Under the pieces are notes generated by a model. It ran no database searches and was not told where the DNA came from. It saw only the letters and a program-made list of their open reading frames with translations. 64,000 nucleotides of DNA from Pocillopora damicornis (Eukaryota): positions 124,001-188,000 of the forward strand of contig NW_020846169.1 of the NCBI RefSeq assembly GCF_003704095.1, given 5' to 3'. Position 1 is the stretch's first letter. Each line of letters starts with the position of its first letter. Both the position numbers and the translations under genes were made by a program. Shown in pieces: positions 12,402 to 25,085 of this stretch.

Positions 12402-13145
12402 ATGGAACAGAAACGATTTGCGGTTTTGATCTGTGAGGATGCAGAGAAGTGGGGAGGAAGAGACGTGATGCTCAAACGTCATGTTAAACTTTACCATCGT
12501 GAAGATGATGAGGAATGGCGTGGGTTCAATGTTTGCGGTGGAGAAGTTCCCACAGCTGAAGATCTCGATAAATATAATGGTTTCATCATCACAGGAAGCC
12601 ACTATTCAGTTCATGACGATAAAGAATGGGTTCGAAAAACCGAGAAATTTGTAGCTACTTTGGCGGAAAAATCACCTTCGAAGCGTTTAGTTGGTCTCTG
12701 CTTCGGCCATCAACTCGTTGCCAAAGCTCTAGGTGGAGTTGTAGCCAAGAATCCTTTGGGAAAATTCGTTTTACAAACCGAGAGGGTGATGGCAGCCCAC
12801 AGCAGCAGCGATACAAATTCAATTGTATCTAAACTGTTCGAGAAAGGTTCTTTAGATTTGCTGGAGTCACACAGCGAATGCGTGACAGAACTTCCCCCAA
12901 ATGCTAAGACCATCGCTAGTTCCAACACTTGTGAACACGAAATGGTGTTATTTGCTGATAACATACTTGGAGTCCAGTTTCACCCTGAATGTACAGCGGA
13001 AGAGTTTGAGGAAAAAATTCTTCCTTTTTTGAAAAGTGGGAAAGTGTTCACAGAGGAAGACGTTTTGAAAACTAAAGAATCGTTTAAAGTTCCTCTAGAT
13101 TCCACCAAAGTGAATGAAGTGCTGAAAGACTTCCTGCATCAGTAG
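12402..13145 (+). CDS. Class I glutamine amidotransferase-like protein, paralog 2, intronless
   Basis: Motifs GFIITGS, GLCFGHQ, SHSE and GVQFHPE. Colinear with paralog 1 (EKWGG, KFVLQ.E, TC.HEM, PLDS). First ATG at 12402. Confidence 0.9.
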   Translation: MEQKRFAVLICEDAEKWGGRDVMLKRHVKLYHREDDEEWRGFNVCGGEVPTAEDLDKYNGFIITGSHYSVHDDKEWVRKTEKFVATLAEKSPSKRLVGLCFGHQLVAKALGGVVAKNPLGKFVLQTERVMAAHSSSDTNSIVSKLFEKGSLDLLESHSECVTELPPNAKTIASSNTCEHEMVLFADNILGVQFHPECTAEEFEEKILPFLKSGKVFTEEDVLKTKESFKVPLDSTKVNEVLKDFLHQ

Positions 13146-15710
13146 AGAATGGAATGGTTTCCATGCATTTCTTCACATCAAGCTGTCAAACCGGGACTGC
13201 CTTAGCTATTATATTACCTGCTTTATACTGGGGTGTTTTTAAATATGTTATAGCTCTGCTATGAATGAAATGGTCTCAAATGGGAAATTCCAAACCCCTC
13301 CCATTGAGGGCCAAATTCTACACCCCTTGACCTCCTCAGGGTGCAATACAAGTGTTTTTTGATAAATCAAGACCGCTCTAGACTGAAACTCAAGTTTTTT
13401 TTTTAACACTCTTGTTACCATATAATTTAAGTGACAGAAAAACACTACCAATCCTGCAAACTCAATTACTTTATTAAACAATGAATAATATTCTTAATAA
13501 GGAGCGACTCCTAAAGGCAGTACAGTACTTATCCTTGGTAAACTTGAGCCCACTACAGACTTTATCCCAGTATTACGTAATAACTGCATGACTTGATGAA
13601 ATGTTCTAGAAAGTTCTATGGTACGCAAGTCAGCATGACTAAGCAGTCTGGAGATTTCTAGAAGCTTACATTTACAACAACAATTACTCATAACACTTTG
13701 CACAAAGATTAATCTGGAAATTGAAAGTAATGATTTAAAATACTGGCTTTTTGTTAATGGCAGACACAGGAAGTTAAAATCAAGGGTGTTAATAAGATGC
13801 TGTAGTGTAGTTTTGGTAACCCAGTACATCATAAATGATCATTACTTAGTTGGGAATCACTGGACATTTTAAGACACCATTTCAAGGAAACATGTGAAAA
13901 AGCTAGGTAGTATTAATTTATCAAAGAATTGATTTTAAAAATTACAAAGCTGTTTTAAACTATCTTGAAGGACTAATTAAATTCCAGGTTGTGGACATTA
14001 TGGTTAACTCTAGAAAACTGCAAAGGAGAGCTTTTTCTCCAAACTTTGTTTTAAATGGAGAGGCACATCAATTACTCAACTTATTTCATTCTCAGGGTTG
14101 TGTAAATTGTACTCAAGTTTAAGGATGAGAAAAATTAGAAAAAACACTACTAAATAGGCTCTGATCAATCCAAAATTGACGTCTTGTTGGTTCTAAGTAG
14201 ACCATAAGCATCTTTCTCAGTTAATAGTGGAATGAAAACAACTTACTTTTACTTGTTTTGACTTGACTTGGCAAGTTGAAGAAAACCAGGTTTAAGCTGG
14301 GAAGCAAGTTCCAGTTACTCAGTAAGCTCATTACTACAGTAGATGTATGTGAAGCACTTCATACGAAATATGAAGTAGAACTCATTTTTAGAAGGATAGC
14401 TTGCTTTGCCTTACTCTGAAGGAAAGGGCTTTGGGTCCAGAAGTACCCCTGAATGCATCCATGAACATATTGTACTTAACCTCTCCTTGATTAATGGAGA
14501 GACTAGGGAACCAATCAAAATTGATTTTTTTTTTAATATAGACACAACAATGTTAGTCAATTCACAGCCTTTTTGTTTAAAGAAATGAGGTTGAGCTCTG
14601 AGCTCAATAGTCTATTTTACCTGGCCCAACCCCAATCACCTTACAATCTTGTTGCTATGATTTAGGATAAATAGGATGTTGGTAAACATACTACAATCCT
14701 AGGCCCTGGTTGTAGTTCTGCTTTAAGTGACTGTTCAATACAGGTAGAAGACAATACAAACAGAACGAAGACTCTGTTTGGACTCAGTCAAGGGTGACCA
14801 CAACAGATTAGGAGAGGTGACCACTTTATAGAAGCAAAAATTACAGTACTTAAAGGAAAAAAAGTTTTGGAACTTTCACAAACAATTACTCAATAAAGGG
14901 TGAACACTCAATACAGGTTCAATTGTATTCAAACTGTCATTTAATTCACTTTAGTTTAAGTAAGGTCAGGTTTATTTCATACCAATTGAAACATCACAAT
15001 TCATGTTACACTATAAAAACAATAATTACTAAAATCATTATAATAATTACTCTTTCTGTATGTAATGAACTGTTTAGATCTATCAGCTCCTTAAAAATAT
15101 TAAAATAGTAAGAAAGTGTCAAGTTTCATTTACATTAGCAGTAAACACTGTTAAATTTTACAGTATTAAATGAAATAAAAAAAAAATACAGTCTTACTCT
15201 TAAAATTGCTAAGTACATTTCAGTAGCAAGTTACTTGTGTGTAATCCTTAACTGCAATGCAAATTTCTTACAACATATAACTTAAAAAGTATCAAACACC
15301 CCTAGTTTCACAGACTGCCAAAATGTGATTAGTGCATTAAATTCCTAACTAAGAACACAAACTAAATCAAGTCCTAAATCCCTACAGAGCACAAGCCTAC
15401 TCTACAACTAGTCCCTACAATGATACATTAAGTGTTTCAAATGGATCCCCAACGACAGTGATAACAAAAAAATTCTCAGTTAACTTGTGAGCACTAATGG
15501 ACTGATGCACCTCACCATATTGCAAATTGTAGCTGTTTTCAATCTAAATTCAAATGTCCACTACAATTTTACATCTGTTTGAGAGTTGCATCACACTTCA
15601 TATCTCTTACTTGCTCTTTAAGTCATTTTTAAGACTGACCGGCTCAAGGTCAACCACAATCTACATAAATGAAACTATGAGTAAGAAACAATAGACCAGG
15701 ATGACATTAA

Positions 15711-18700
15711 CTATAATTTCCATGCACTTCTGACCATCAGGTCAAAGTAGGCATCACTGTCAATGTTTGCTCCGAGGCAAGCATAGTACTCCAAAAACTC
15801 TGCCCTTGTGACCTACAGAAAAAAAAAGAAAACAGACCATTACTAGAGTACAGAAAACAACCATGGCAATTAACAGCCATGGGTACACACAGTCAACCCT
15901 CTCTGGTGTAATACCCTCAGCATCAAGTGCCTGTACTTATTGTGGGTTCTTTTCTACTGTTAGCTAGCCTGGCAGCTCAATTTTCATCATAACCCTGAAT
16001 TTTTTTTAACAGTCTTCAAAATAATGAGTACAATTCCATAGGAATAGAGAATGAAATAGATCATTTTCAAATACATAATGTCTCTGCTTTAAAACGAGGC
16101 CCTTGAAATCAAAATCACTTTTTATCCTTAGGTAAGTGTACCTCATTTTGACTTGTCCTTACAGACACATGCATGATGTCAAAATTACCAACATTTTGCC
16201 AACTATGCCCTTTTATTTTGTTGTAATCACATTTTGACCTCATTTGGGATCAATTACTGAGCAGACACACAGCACTTGGAATCTATCTGTAAAATACATG
16301 TACATTATATATAGAGAGAGGGCTTTACAGGGGAGATCAATTTTAAAAAACATTTACCAACCTTTCCATCTTTTTGATCTGGCTCAAATCTTTCAAGGAA
16401 CTCCTCAAATACCTCCTTTTTAGTCATTTCACCATTTTTGTATTTGGGATGTTCTTGAACATTGTAATACCTATATGACACAAGAGTTGAGTTAATATTA
16501 CTGACACTTATCTAATCCTTAAACTCCTCAAGTGACTGAGAGAAATTCTCCTCACCACATCAATACAATATCCAACAGACAAGTGATGAGAATAAAGAAA
16601 AATATCAATCAGAGGATTACTAGTTGATCCAGTATGAAATTCTCAGCACCAACATCGTAAGAATTGTATTGCAGGCAGTATGGAGAATTACTAATGAGAT
16701 CTTTGAAGTAAAAAGGGTTCATTGCCATAAAACTGGATAAATGCATACAAAAAAGGTGCTATCATAATACAAACTTTTTGATAGCATTCTATACTCTGGC
16801 CTAAGAATTAATATTTACTTAACCCTTAAACTCCCAGATCAAATGTTTCATTCTTCTAACTGTCAACCATACAATTCTTACAATGTTAGTTCAGAGAATT
16901 AAGTAATGGATCAAGCAATTATACCCAAATAGATATTTTTCTTTATTCTCATCACTTGTCTGCTTGATATTGTATTGATGTTGTAAGGAGAAATTCTGTC
17001 TTGGTCACTCATGGGAGTTAAAGGATTAACAAAGTTGTAAGAAATAGTGGGTAGCAGGTAAACACTGCCACAAACCTTGTGACACTGAATGGTGTCTTAG
17101 TGGGGCCACTTACGAAAACTGCCTAAAATAGCCATCTATTTGACACATTCATATTAAGTTCTAACTTCAAATATTTTCAACCTAATTCGTCAAGGGATAA
17201 AATGTGTCTGTTAGTAACTTTTGCAGTTATCCTTGGGAAGCAAAAAGGGTGTCAGTAACAGGAGTTGGTAGCATGCAACAACAATTTTCATAGATGGCCA
17301 TTGATGATGGGTAATTAACCCTTTACACCCTAACATCAGTATGCATATTCTCCATACTGTTGTCTAAACATTTCTTAAGGGGCTGACAAGGAGAATTTGA
17401 TTCACAATCCAGACCCTCTTAAGTTGGTGGTCATTTTGTTTATTCTTGTAACCTTTATGTTTGATTGAGGGAAAATATCCTAGGGAAGAAAAAAAGATGC
17501 TGATTATCCTTAGAGGTCAAAGGGTTAACAGTGGATATGCTGTTATTGGTACTGTGATCAATGCAAAAAAAAGCATCAGCCCTCCAAGCTTCAAACATTT
17601 TCAGGATTAAATTTGCAGCACCAATTGCCACTTTAAAAACTAGTGCTTTGTGGTCATGTAGCACAATGTACCATCTTTTTGCTCAAGTTTCATGAGCTAA
17701 AGGTTATAGAAGCACAACATCGGCATAGAATTATATTTACTAATTGCTACATCATTTTCATTAAAAAAATGCCTCTTTCTCCAAGGTTGTTCCAGATGTC
17801 CCTTGCACCTACATTGTTTTTTATAAAATAATTCAAATAGTACACGTGCTCTGATTGGCCATAAAACCATTTTACATGAGAGTACGTAAACATGGTTTTT
17901 GTTCCTCTTTCATTAGTTATTTTATAAAAGAAATGTAAAATGGTTTCCGATAAGCTGGAAACCACTCCGCTTCGCGTTGTGGTTTCCTACACTTATCTCG
18001 CATTCTCCCAACCTCCCGCGTGTTTTGCCCATGTGGCTTAAGCTTATCAAAGTTTCCTTCTTAAGAATGAACTATAAGTGCAATTAGTACCCCTCGGTGA
18101 GACACTGCTGCATCAATGTCACACACAGCACTCCTACTGAATTCAAAACAGCTTACCTCTCCATATCTTTACAATCGATCACACCATCTCCAGTTCTGTC
18201 AGCCTTCTTGAATGCCAGGTCAACCACTTTGAGTCTGCTCCCTGATAAAGGTTTCTAAAATGAAAGAAAGTCAAAGAATGAGAATTAAAACAAAGGTTTC
18301 AATACAAATTATCAACAATGGAAGGTAAATTTTGAGTCTGGTCATTGAGATGTGCATTATTTTGTGTTGAGCCAAACACTACAAGAAAATCCAAACCCTC
18401 TCGTGGAATTCAGCCTTATTATTAAATGCTCTGATTACCACTACACTACAGAGATGTATTTTCATATGTACATTCCTATGTCAATCAGGCAGTAGCAAAG
18501 GGGTAAAGATCTGATCTTAATCCTGAAGTTCTGAGGTTCACATCCTCTTAGAGACTTGAGACCCATACACACCAGAGGTTTGTTCCTGGAGCATGCGAGG
18601 AGATCATTTTGCAAGACAAAGTCTCATGAGTCTGCATTTTCAAATTTATTCAATTTTCCCAGGAATCTTGCCTCCAAATATTTGGCAGGTTTTATATTGT

Positions 18701-21700
18701 GTTGGATGAATATTCTGCTCCTAAGGATAAATTATGTCTGTGAAATTATTGGTACATACAGAAAGCTATGCGTCTGTGTGTACTCTAGGGACGGAACCAG
18801 AAGCAAAACCCTCTGCATGTACTAGTCTGGTCTTAAGATTTTCTCTTATATTAAGAAAGATTTAGAAAAGCTAGCTCCCAGTTATCACCATGTAACTGGT
18901 CTTCACAAACAAATGGGTTACTTATCAACCGCTGAAACTTACTAGTCTTGCTGGTTAATGTAACAAAAAAAGAAAAGCCTTCATAGGGATCTTGTTTCAC
19001 ACTTTTTCCAAAAACAAACTAGAAGAGTGGTTGGAACAGTTTAAGCACTGACTGATCTAGTCTGACATTTCTGTTTAATGACAAAATTGTGTCAATAAGT
19101 GGTTCAGTCTGGCTGCAATAGCATCATGGCAAAATCTCTCAAGATCAAGGTTAATGGTTTTAATTGGCCTCACAAATTAAGCAAAGAAAATGAATCTTTC
19201 TTTTCACACATCATGGTTTCTTTGAATGTTTAAAATTCATTTCCAAATGTCTGTATATCTGATAACTATAATTTACCACAAAAGTTACACACCAGATGCA
19301 AATAATACTTGAATACTGACAAACAAAAAGCTTTCCAAATAGACCTTCAAGAGATCAATCGTATAGCATGAAGAAAGATTTGTACCATTTGAAACTTACC
19401 CTGAATGCATTAATGAATTCATTAATGTCAACTTGCCCTCCCTTATCTTTGTCAAAATAGTCAAACAGTTCCTGAAATTCCTATTGATACAACATTAAAA
19501 GGATGCACATAAGCACACTGTTCAACATATATGTATAACATCGCACCTTAAATCCATTTTCTACCTTTTTACAGTCAAACCTGCATTAAGAAGTCACCCA
19601 TGGGGAATGGCATGGTGATCCCTTCATGCAGGTTCCACAGAATAGGGGTATTTAAAAAAAAATTAAAATGCCATTTCGTGTTTCAATGAACAACTAATTA
19701 TACAAAACCAAAAACCTTACTAAAAAATACTACTTGCATTGATTTTGAGAGATACAGTAAATAAAGATACAAGTTTGCTTGAAAGATTATTCTTAGTTTT
19801 CTTTCTGTGGTTCTGCTTTGAGTGACCATTCAATACAGTTGAAGGACAATACAAACAGGCACTGGGAACTCAGTAAAGGGTGACCACAACCACAATAGCA
19901 GTAAAATTACAGTAAGGAGGAGGAAAAAAACTTCAGGGCTTTGAAAACATGACTGCTTAATACAGGGTGGCCACTTTATATGATGCAGCTTAACACAGGT
20001 TAAACTGTGTGTAATTTCACTGGAGGTAAACTAGTTTTTGCGATATTTATGATCTCCCCTTGAGAAATGGAGAGAAAAGACCAGATTAAAAATATATTTT
20101 ACTACTGTTCTCAACTACTCATCTGTTCCCATAATCTTGAAAAAGACTCCCAAATGTAGGTGTTCATTTTCACTTAAGTGAAAATCTGGGTCTTGCAGAG
20201 TTGCAGTGTTCAGTTCAGTTTTGTTGGGATATACTATCTAACATGGACTTCAGCTTTCACTCAAATTGTTTCACCTCATCTGTCAGTTGGACTTTATAGT
20301 CACGTAGACCTGTTACAAACTCGTCAAAGTTCAGAGAATTGCTGTAGTCATCATCAAAGATTCTAAAAGCTCTGAATAAAAACAAAAAAATGCAATTAAA
20401 AAATGAATAGCTCTAATCAAGAAGCAGTTCCCTAATTTTTGTTATGAAGCAAAAATTGCAAAAACAGCACCAAGATAAAGTGAAGATCAGCTAAATCCGT
20501 AATGATGCTTGTGATTAACCCTTCTGCTCCTATGATTAAATTAGTAATTTTCCTTACCATCTTTCACACAATTCTTATGATCCAAGTTCAAAGAATTTGG
20601 TATTGGATCAATTAATAATTCCATATATTGGATCTTTATCTCAATCCCCATTACTTATCTACTTGATATTGCATTGATATTGCAAAGAGAAATTCTCTCT
20701 TGGACACCCATGGGCATTAAAGGGTCAGGGCAGGAGACTGATTTCTTGATGATAAGCAGGATTACAGACCAAATTGGATGACAAAAAAAAAATCTGTTTT
20801 ACCAATTAGGTAAAAGTATGAGGAAATCTATGGCAAAAATACCAATAAGCCAAACTCACAAGTAAATAACAACTTAAGCAATAACTTTTACTAGAGGAAA
20901 TTAACTCAGTGATCTTGATCGCAGTCCACACAAATGACATGCACTGTGCAAATAAAACAGGCCTAACATGTAACCTATCCAATTGCAGTGTCCAATCACA
21001 AACATAGCATATACACCATCCTATTAGTAATGATAACAATGGTGAGTGAAGTACAATTCAGGGAGCAAGCAATTAATTTCAAATGAACTGAGCACACAGT
21101 TCAAGGCCAGTTACATGAGCACAATTACATCTACATTATAGGACACCATGGCCAATTACCAACCAGCTCTGTCAAAAACAAAGTGCCAGAGACCCAGAGA
21201 AGAAATATTCCTATGTCAGGACAGCAACAGTCTTTCATGCATCATCCAAAAGTTAGTTTAATATATGTTTTTGTGTTTTCAAGCTGCTCACTAGAGACCT
21301 CTTGATTTTGATTGGTAAGCATTAGTCAGGCAGTTAATTTCCATTGGCTGTTTAACTGTCCAATTTTACTTTTTGTACTAAAAAGTACTAGTATATGCAC
21401 AGAACAACTCACACAGTTTGTTGCTCCAAAAAAGCAACAACTGCCATTAAGAACTGGTCAGTTTTAAACAATTTGTCTACATAACTGTTCAGATCAGGCT
21501 GCTGATTACCAAATACACATGACAACTTCTCTCATTTAGGTGTTCGGTGTGGCTGGGTTCTAATGGTACCCTCACTAATTTCTCATCTGTTAATATACTG
21601 ACATGGGAGATACTTTGGTATGTGGCCCGCAAGGCAGCAGATCTAATTGAGACATTGTTGTTGCTAATTTAACTCTATTCTTTTCACCACAAGGTTTCCT

Positions 21701-22052
21701 ATGCTTATTTCCCATTGGGAAGAATTATTAATACAGCCATCAGAGAATTACTACACTCTTTTGTTGGTGGTAGGTGAGGCGTGATTCTAAGAGAAAAACT
21801 ATTATCAACACTACATTGATTTTAACGGTTAGGATCAAGGCTGAAGGTTGAACAAGAGTTCAACTTATTGCTTGTTGTAGTTTTACAGCACTGAACACTT
21901 GTGATTTGTCCTACCAATAGTGCTAAATAGAGAACCATGCTATGAGCTAAATATATTGGTATACAAACTAACCTTCCAAGTCCTTTAGCTCCACCCGACC
22001 CTCTCTTTTTACAAGCATCCCTAATTTTTTGCATTGCAGGAGAAGCATCCAT
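15711..22052 (-). CDS. Calcyphosin / calcyphosin-like EF-hand calcium-binding protein (~188 aa, 6 coding exons)
   Basis: Exons: 22052-21973 (MDASPAMQKIRDACKKRGSGGAKGLG), 20371-20275 (AFRIFDDDYSNSLNFDEF...), 19480-19400 (LFDYFDKDKEGQVDINEF), 18254-18157 (AFKKADRTGDGVIDCKDM), 16470-16362 (YNVQEHPKYKNGEMT...), 15812-15711 (VTRAEFLEYY...IDSDAYFDLMVRSAWKL*). All introns are GT-AG with matching phases. HPKY and the AWKL end are calcyphosin signatures. Confidence 0.92.
16512..16701. mobile_element. Decayed copy of the ~210-bp TTAA-CCCT MITE family
   Basis: Internal sequence matches the copy at 30779-30991; the ends are degenerate. Confidence 0.55.
16819..17029. mobile_element. ~210-bp MITE with TTAACCCT...AGG(G)TTAA ends (piggyBac-like)
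   Basis: Terminal inverted repeats ttaacccttaaactccc / gggagttaaaggattaa. Confidence 0.7.
17315..17528. mobile_element. ~210-bp TTAA-flanked MITE, related subfamily
   Basis: Ends ttaaccctttaca ... ggtcaaagggttaa. Confidence 0.7.
19572..20007. mobile_element. Tc1/mariner-pogo-like MITE (CAGTCAAACCT ends); partial second copy at ~14725-14927
   Basis: Ends ta|cagtcaaacctgcattaag ... cttaacacaggttaaactg. Internal motifs agggtgaccac and aaaattacagta recur at 14725-14927. Confidence 0.6.
20515..20727. mobile_element. ~210-bp TTAA-CCCT MITE copy
   Basis: Ends ttaacccttctgctcc ... gggcattaaagggtca; internal similarity to 16819-17029. Confidence 0.6.
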
Positions 22053-22454
22053 GTCGTGGTTGTGTATCAATGGCTCTGACAAACCTTCCGAAGGAAAAAA
22101 CCATTCTCATGACGAAGCATTAAAGCATTATACATGAAGTGAACGATTACAAACATCGTTTATCACACAAAGTGTCTGTAAACGACTGGTAAACTACGAT
22201 GCGAACATTTACTGAACTGCTAACGTTACTTGGTGTCGAAGAGTCTAAACTGCACGTGGACTCGACACAGTGAAGAGCAAATGAAGCATCCAAAGTGCAT
22301 GGTATAGAGACTAGATACCCTGATTTCAGACATTACTCCTACATAAAACAAAACTGGGTATTTAAACAAACAAAGCGAGCAAATTCAAATGTACCTGCCC
22401 AAATGAACTCTTCGATTAAAATTATGGAGATTGGAGAAGCAACTATGACACTCC

Positions 22455-22467
22455 CTTGCTTGGTAAC
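22455..22467 (-). promoter_or_regulatory. Candidate RFX X-box upstream of the calcyphosin-like gene
   Basis: GTTACCAAGCAAG is one mismatch from GTNRCC-N-RGYAAC. It lies just upstream of a probable 5' exon whose donor GGCAG|gtac is near 22394. Confidence 0.4.
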
Positions 22468-25085
22468 CAGGCAGAACAAACAGCTGGAACCGCAAGGCAT
22501 GCAGACATGTCAGGCGTGCAAATATTTACCGCAATAAAATAGAGCGTTACGAATATCGTAACACTTTTCATTACACGACGAAGGCAAAACGCAGGTTACA
22601 AAATTATGGAATTCTGCAAGAAACACAAGTGTACATATGTTTCGCTCTTTAACTCAATTTCGGTGGCTTTGAGACCTGTGTTACCGTTCATAAATTGGTC
22701 AAATATTATTTTGATTAATAGAATCGTCTGGAAATTAGATATTGATCACGATAAAATCATTCGAGAGGAAGAAAATACATGGTCAGAATAGATGGAACTT
22801 AAAATTTTTGACAATCTGGTTAACTGTTATCATCGTAGAAATGACAATCTGTAATTTCGTTATGGATTCGCCATACAACCGAGTCGACTGAAACAGTTCC
22901 CTAAGAAATGGAATTCTTTACGACTTCTTAAGAGAACATTTTTTATATTTGGGTTCTCGTACAAATATTCAAAACTGTTTTGAAAGTGATATTAAATTGC
23001 CTGAAAAATAAACTGCCATTCTTAAGAAGACTCTATTATCAGTGACTGCGGGAGGATATCTTGTAAAGTGTAAAATTATCTTTAAAATACTATTTTACGT
23101 GATAACTTCGCTTTGCAACAAGGAACTACATTTCTTAATTACTCATTATTGTTGATCCTTTCCTGTGAAAGTGAAAATGGAAAATTCTAGCTTTGCGGTT
23201 TTGTTGTTTAAGGCGTTTCTACAAAGGATCGCGAAGAAGACGGTACAAAAGCCATCCGTGTAAAACAATTCTACATTCCACTGTAACTGTGTTTTCGAAG
23301 GAATGAAACGAAAACTGCGAGACCGATCGAATGAAGAAATATGAAAATACTCTGGCATCATGGTGAGTTTCATTTAATAACTAAGTGTTCATGAATATTT
23401 TAAGAAACCCTCCAAATAGCGAGTAAATATTAGTCGAAAAAACAAGTGCTTCTCGAAAAATTCATGATAAATCACTCAAAGCACTTTGACACATTTTCTG
23501 GCTTAAGTTTAGGTTTCCCAGGTGAAGCATCAACATAAAGGATAAAAGTAATACAAGGCAAGGACATCAAGTGCTTAAAATAGCCTTAGCGTTACACGTC
23601 ACGATATTATCACAAAGGAAAGAATAAATATTTTTTTTAATCAGACGCTCATCCTCAAAATTACTTATCACTGAGTGAAGAAACAGCTTGTTTTGGTGAC
23701 AACGCGTTTCTTTGTCTCATTTCCTCTCAGATACCATTTCTAACGTTATGTCCTGCAGTGTTTCTGGAAAATACCTTGCACTTTTGAAGAGGCTAATATG
23801 ATGTGTGCTGTTGGCGTGGGTGCGGAGTATTCCAAAAGCAAAATATTTCCCTCCCTTACAACTTGCAAATGAAATTTTTACCACCAAGGTGACAATAATA
23901 ACCAAGAAACTGTTAGGTAGTGCATCCTTTCTGTTATCAAGCGGCTTTGATTTACGATCTTTACACGAAACGTCGTTGTATCAAAAGAAACCGAACAAAC
24001 TTTTGCTGTACTCAGTGTGCTAATACAGGAATATGCCTCGCATTTTTGTTCGTACCTTAACTAAGCAAGGCTTATCAGAATTATTCATCAAACTCCATCA
24101 TGAAAATACTAACACCTACCTCTAAAGAAAAACGCAGTTCTGTGGCGAGGAAACGTCTAGGAGTCTTTAACGACTTTGCTGCAGACGCGCTTGAAAGTGA
24201 TGTGTAAATCAGCAGAGCCGCGTGTATTTGACCGCGACCAGTAACAAGGCTTCATTTGCAAGCTGATTAGCATGAGTTGGAGACGCCTTGATGCTTTCTT
24301 TGTCATTATGGTAATTTTACTCTCAAGTATAGTTTGCGGCTTATAAACAAAGAAATACGCCATGTGTGTTTATTTTCAGACATATTTATATTATGTAAAT
24401 ATCGAAAAAAGTTTTCTTTCAACTGTTTTTCATCAGAATGTTCAAATAACCCCAGTCACATTCTATGCTTTTGCCTCTCTTCAAAAAATTGCAACTCCTG
24501 CAACGTTCCAAAACTCGAGTTCGATCGTTTCTTCTTTTTTCCTAACGTTTTAGGATCTCAAGGGAGCATTTTCTCTGAAAGATCATCAACATTCATTAAA
24601 GATTATGTAATGAATACTATGCGCAGTCTTACTGCTTGGGAAGCCATGTCTGAACGCCAATTATTTATTTAGTGTTTCCTTTGTGCCTTGATGATACACT
24701 AAAATTAATTATTTCTCCTTCGTGTGTAACTGATGGTCGAGCGCTCCTCTTCACCATTCTTTAACAGTGCTGAAGAGGAGCACCTGACCATCAGTAAAAC
24801 TTCCAATAAAAAGTTAACGCTCGCTGGCATCTCTAGCCCAGATTTCTTGCCAAGCATTAAGCTTGGCAAGAAATCTTGAAAGCCATGTCTTCCCCGTTAA
24901 ATCACACGTGGGAAATGTTGTTGAAGATGATCTTTATTTTCAATAATGAATACATGTTTTCTAGCGAGGTTGATAGATTCCATATAAAACCACGCGGAAT
25001 TTCCTCTCTCGATTACTTGTTGCCAAAGCTGAGCGCCAGTCATAACTATGAAAATGAAGTTTGTTTTGAGCTAAACTTTGCTCGT

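Noticed and set aside
7291-13145. Bacterial contamination or operon (three intronless genes in a row)
   Set aside because: ELAV is an animal gene, the spacers are kilobases long and AT-rich, and the region is contiguous with spliced genes.
24729-24876. SECIS element
   Set aside because: No AUGA/GA quartet arrangement on the mRNA strand and no in-frame TGA in the gene.
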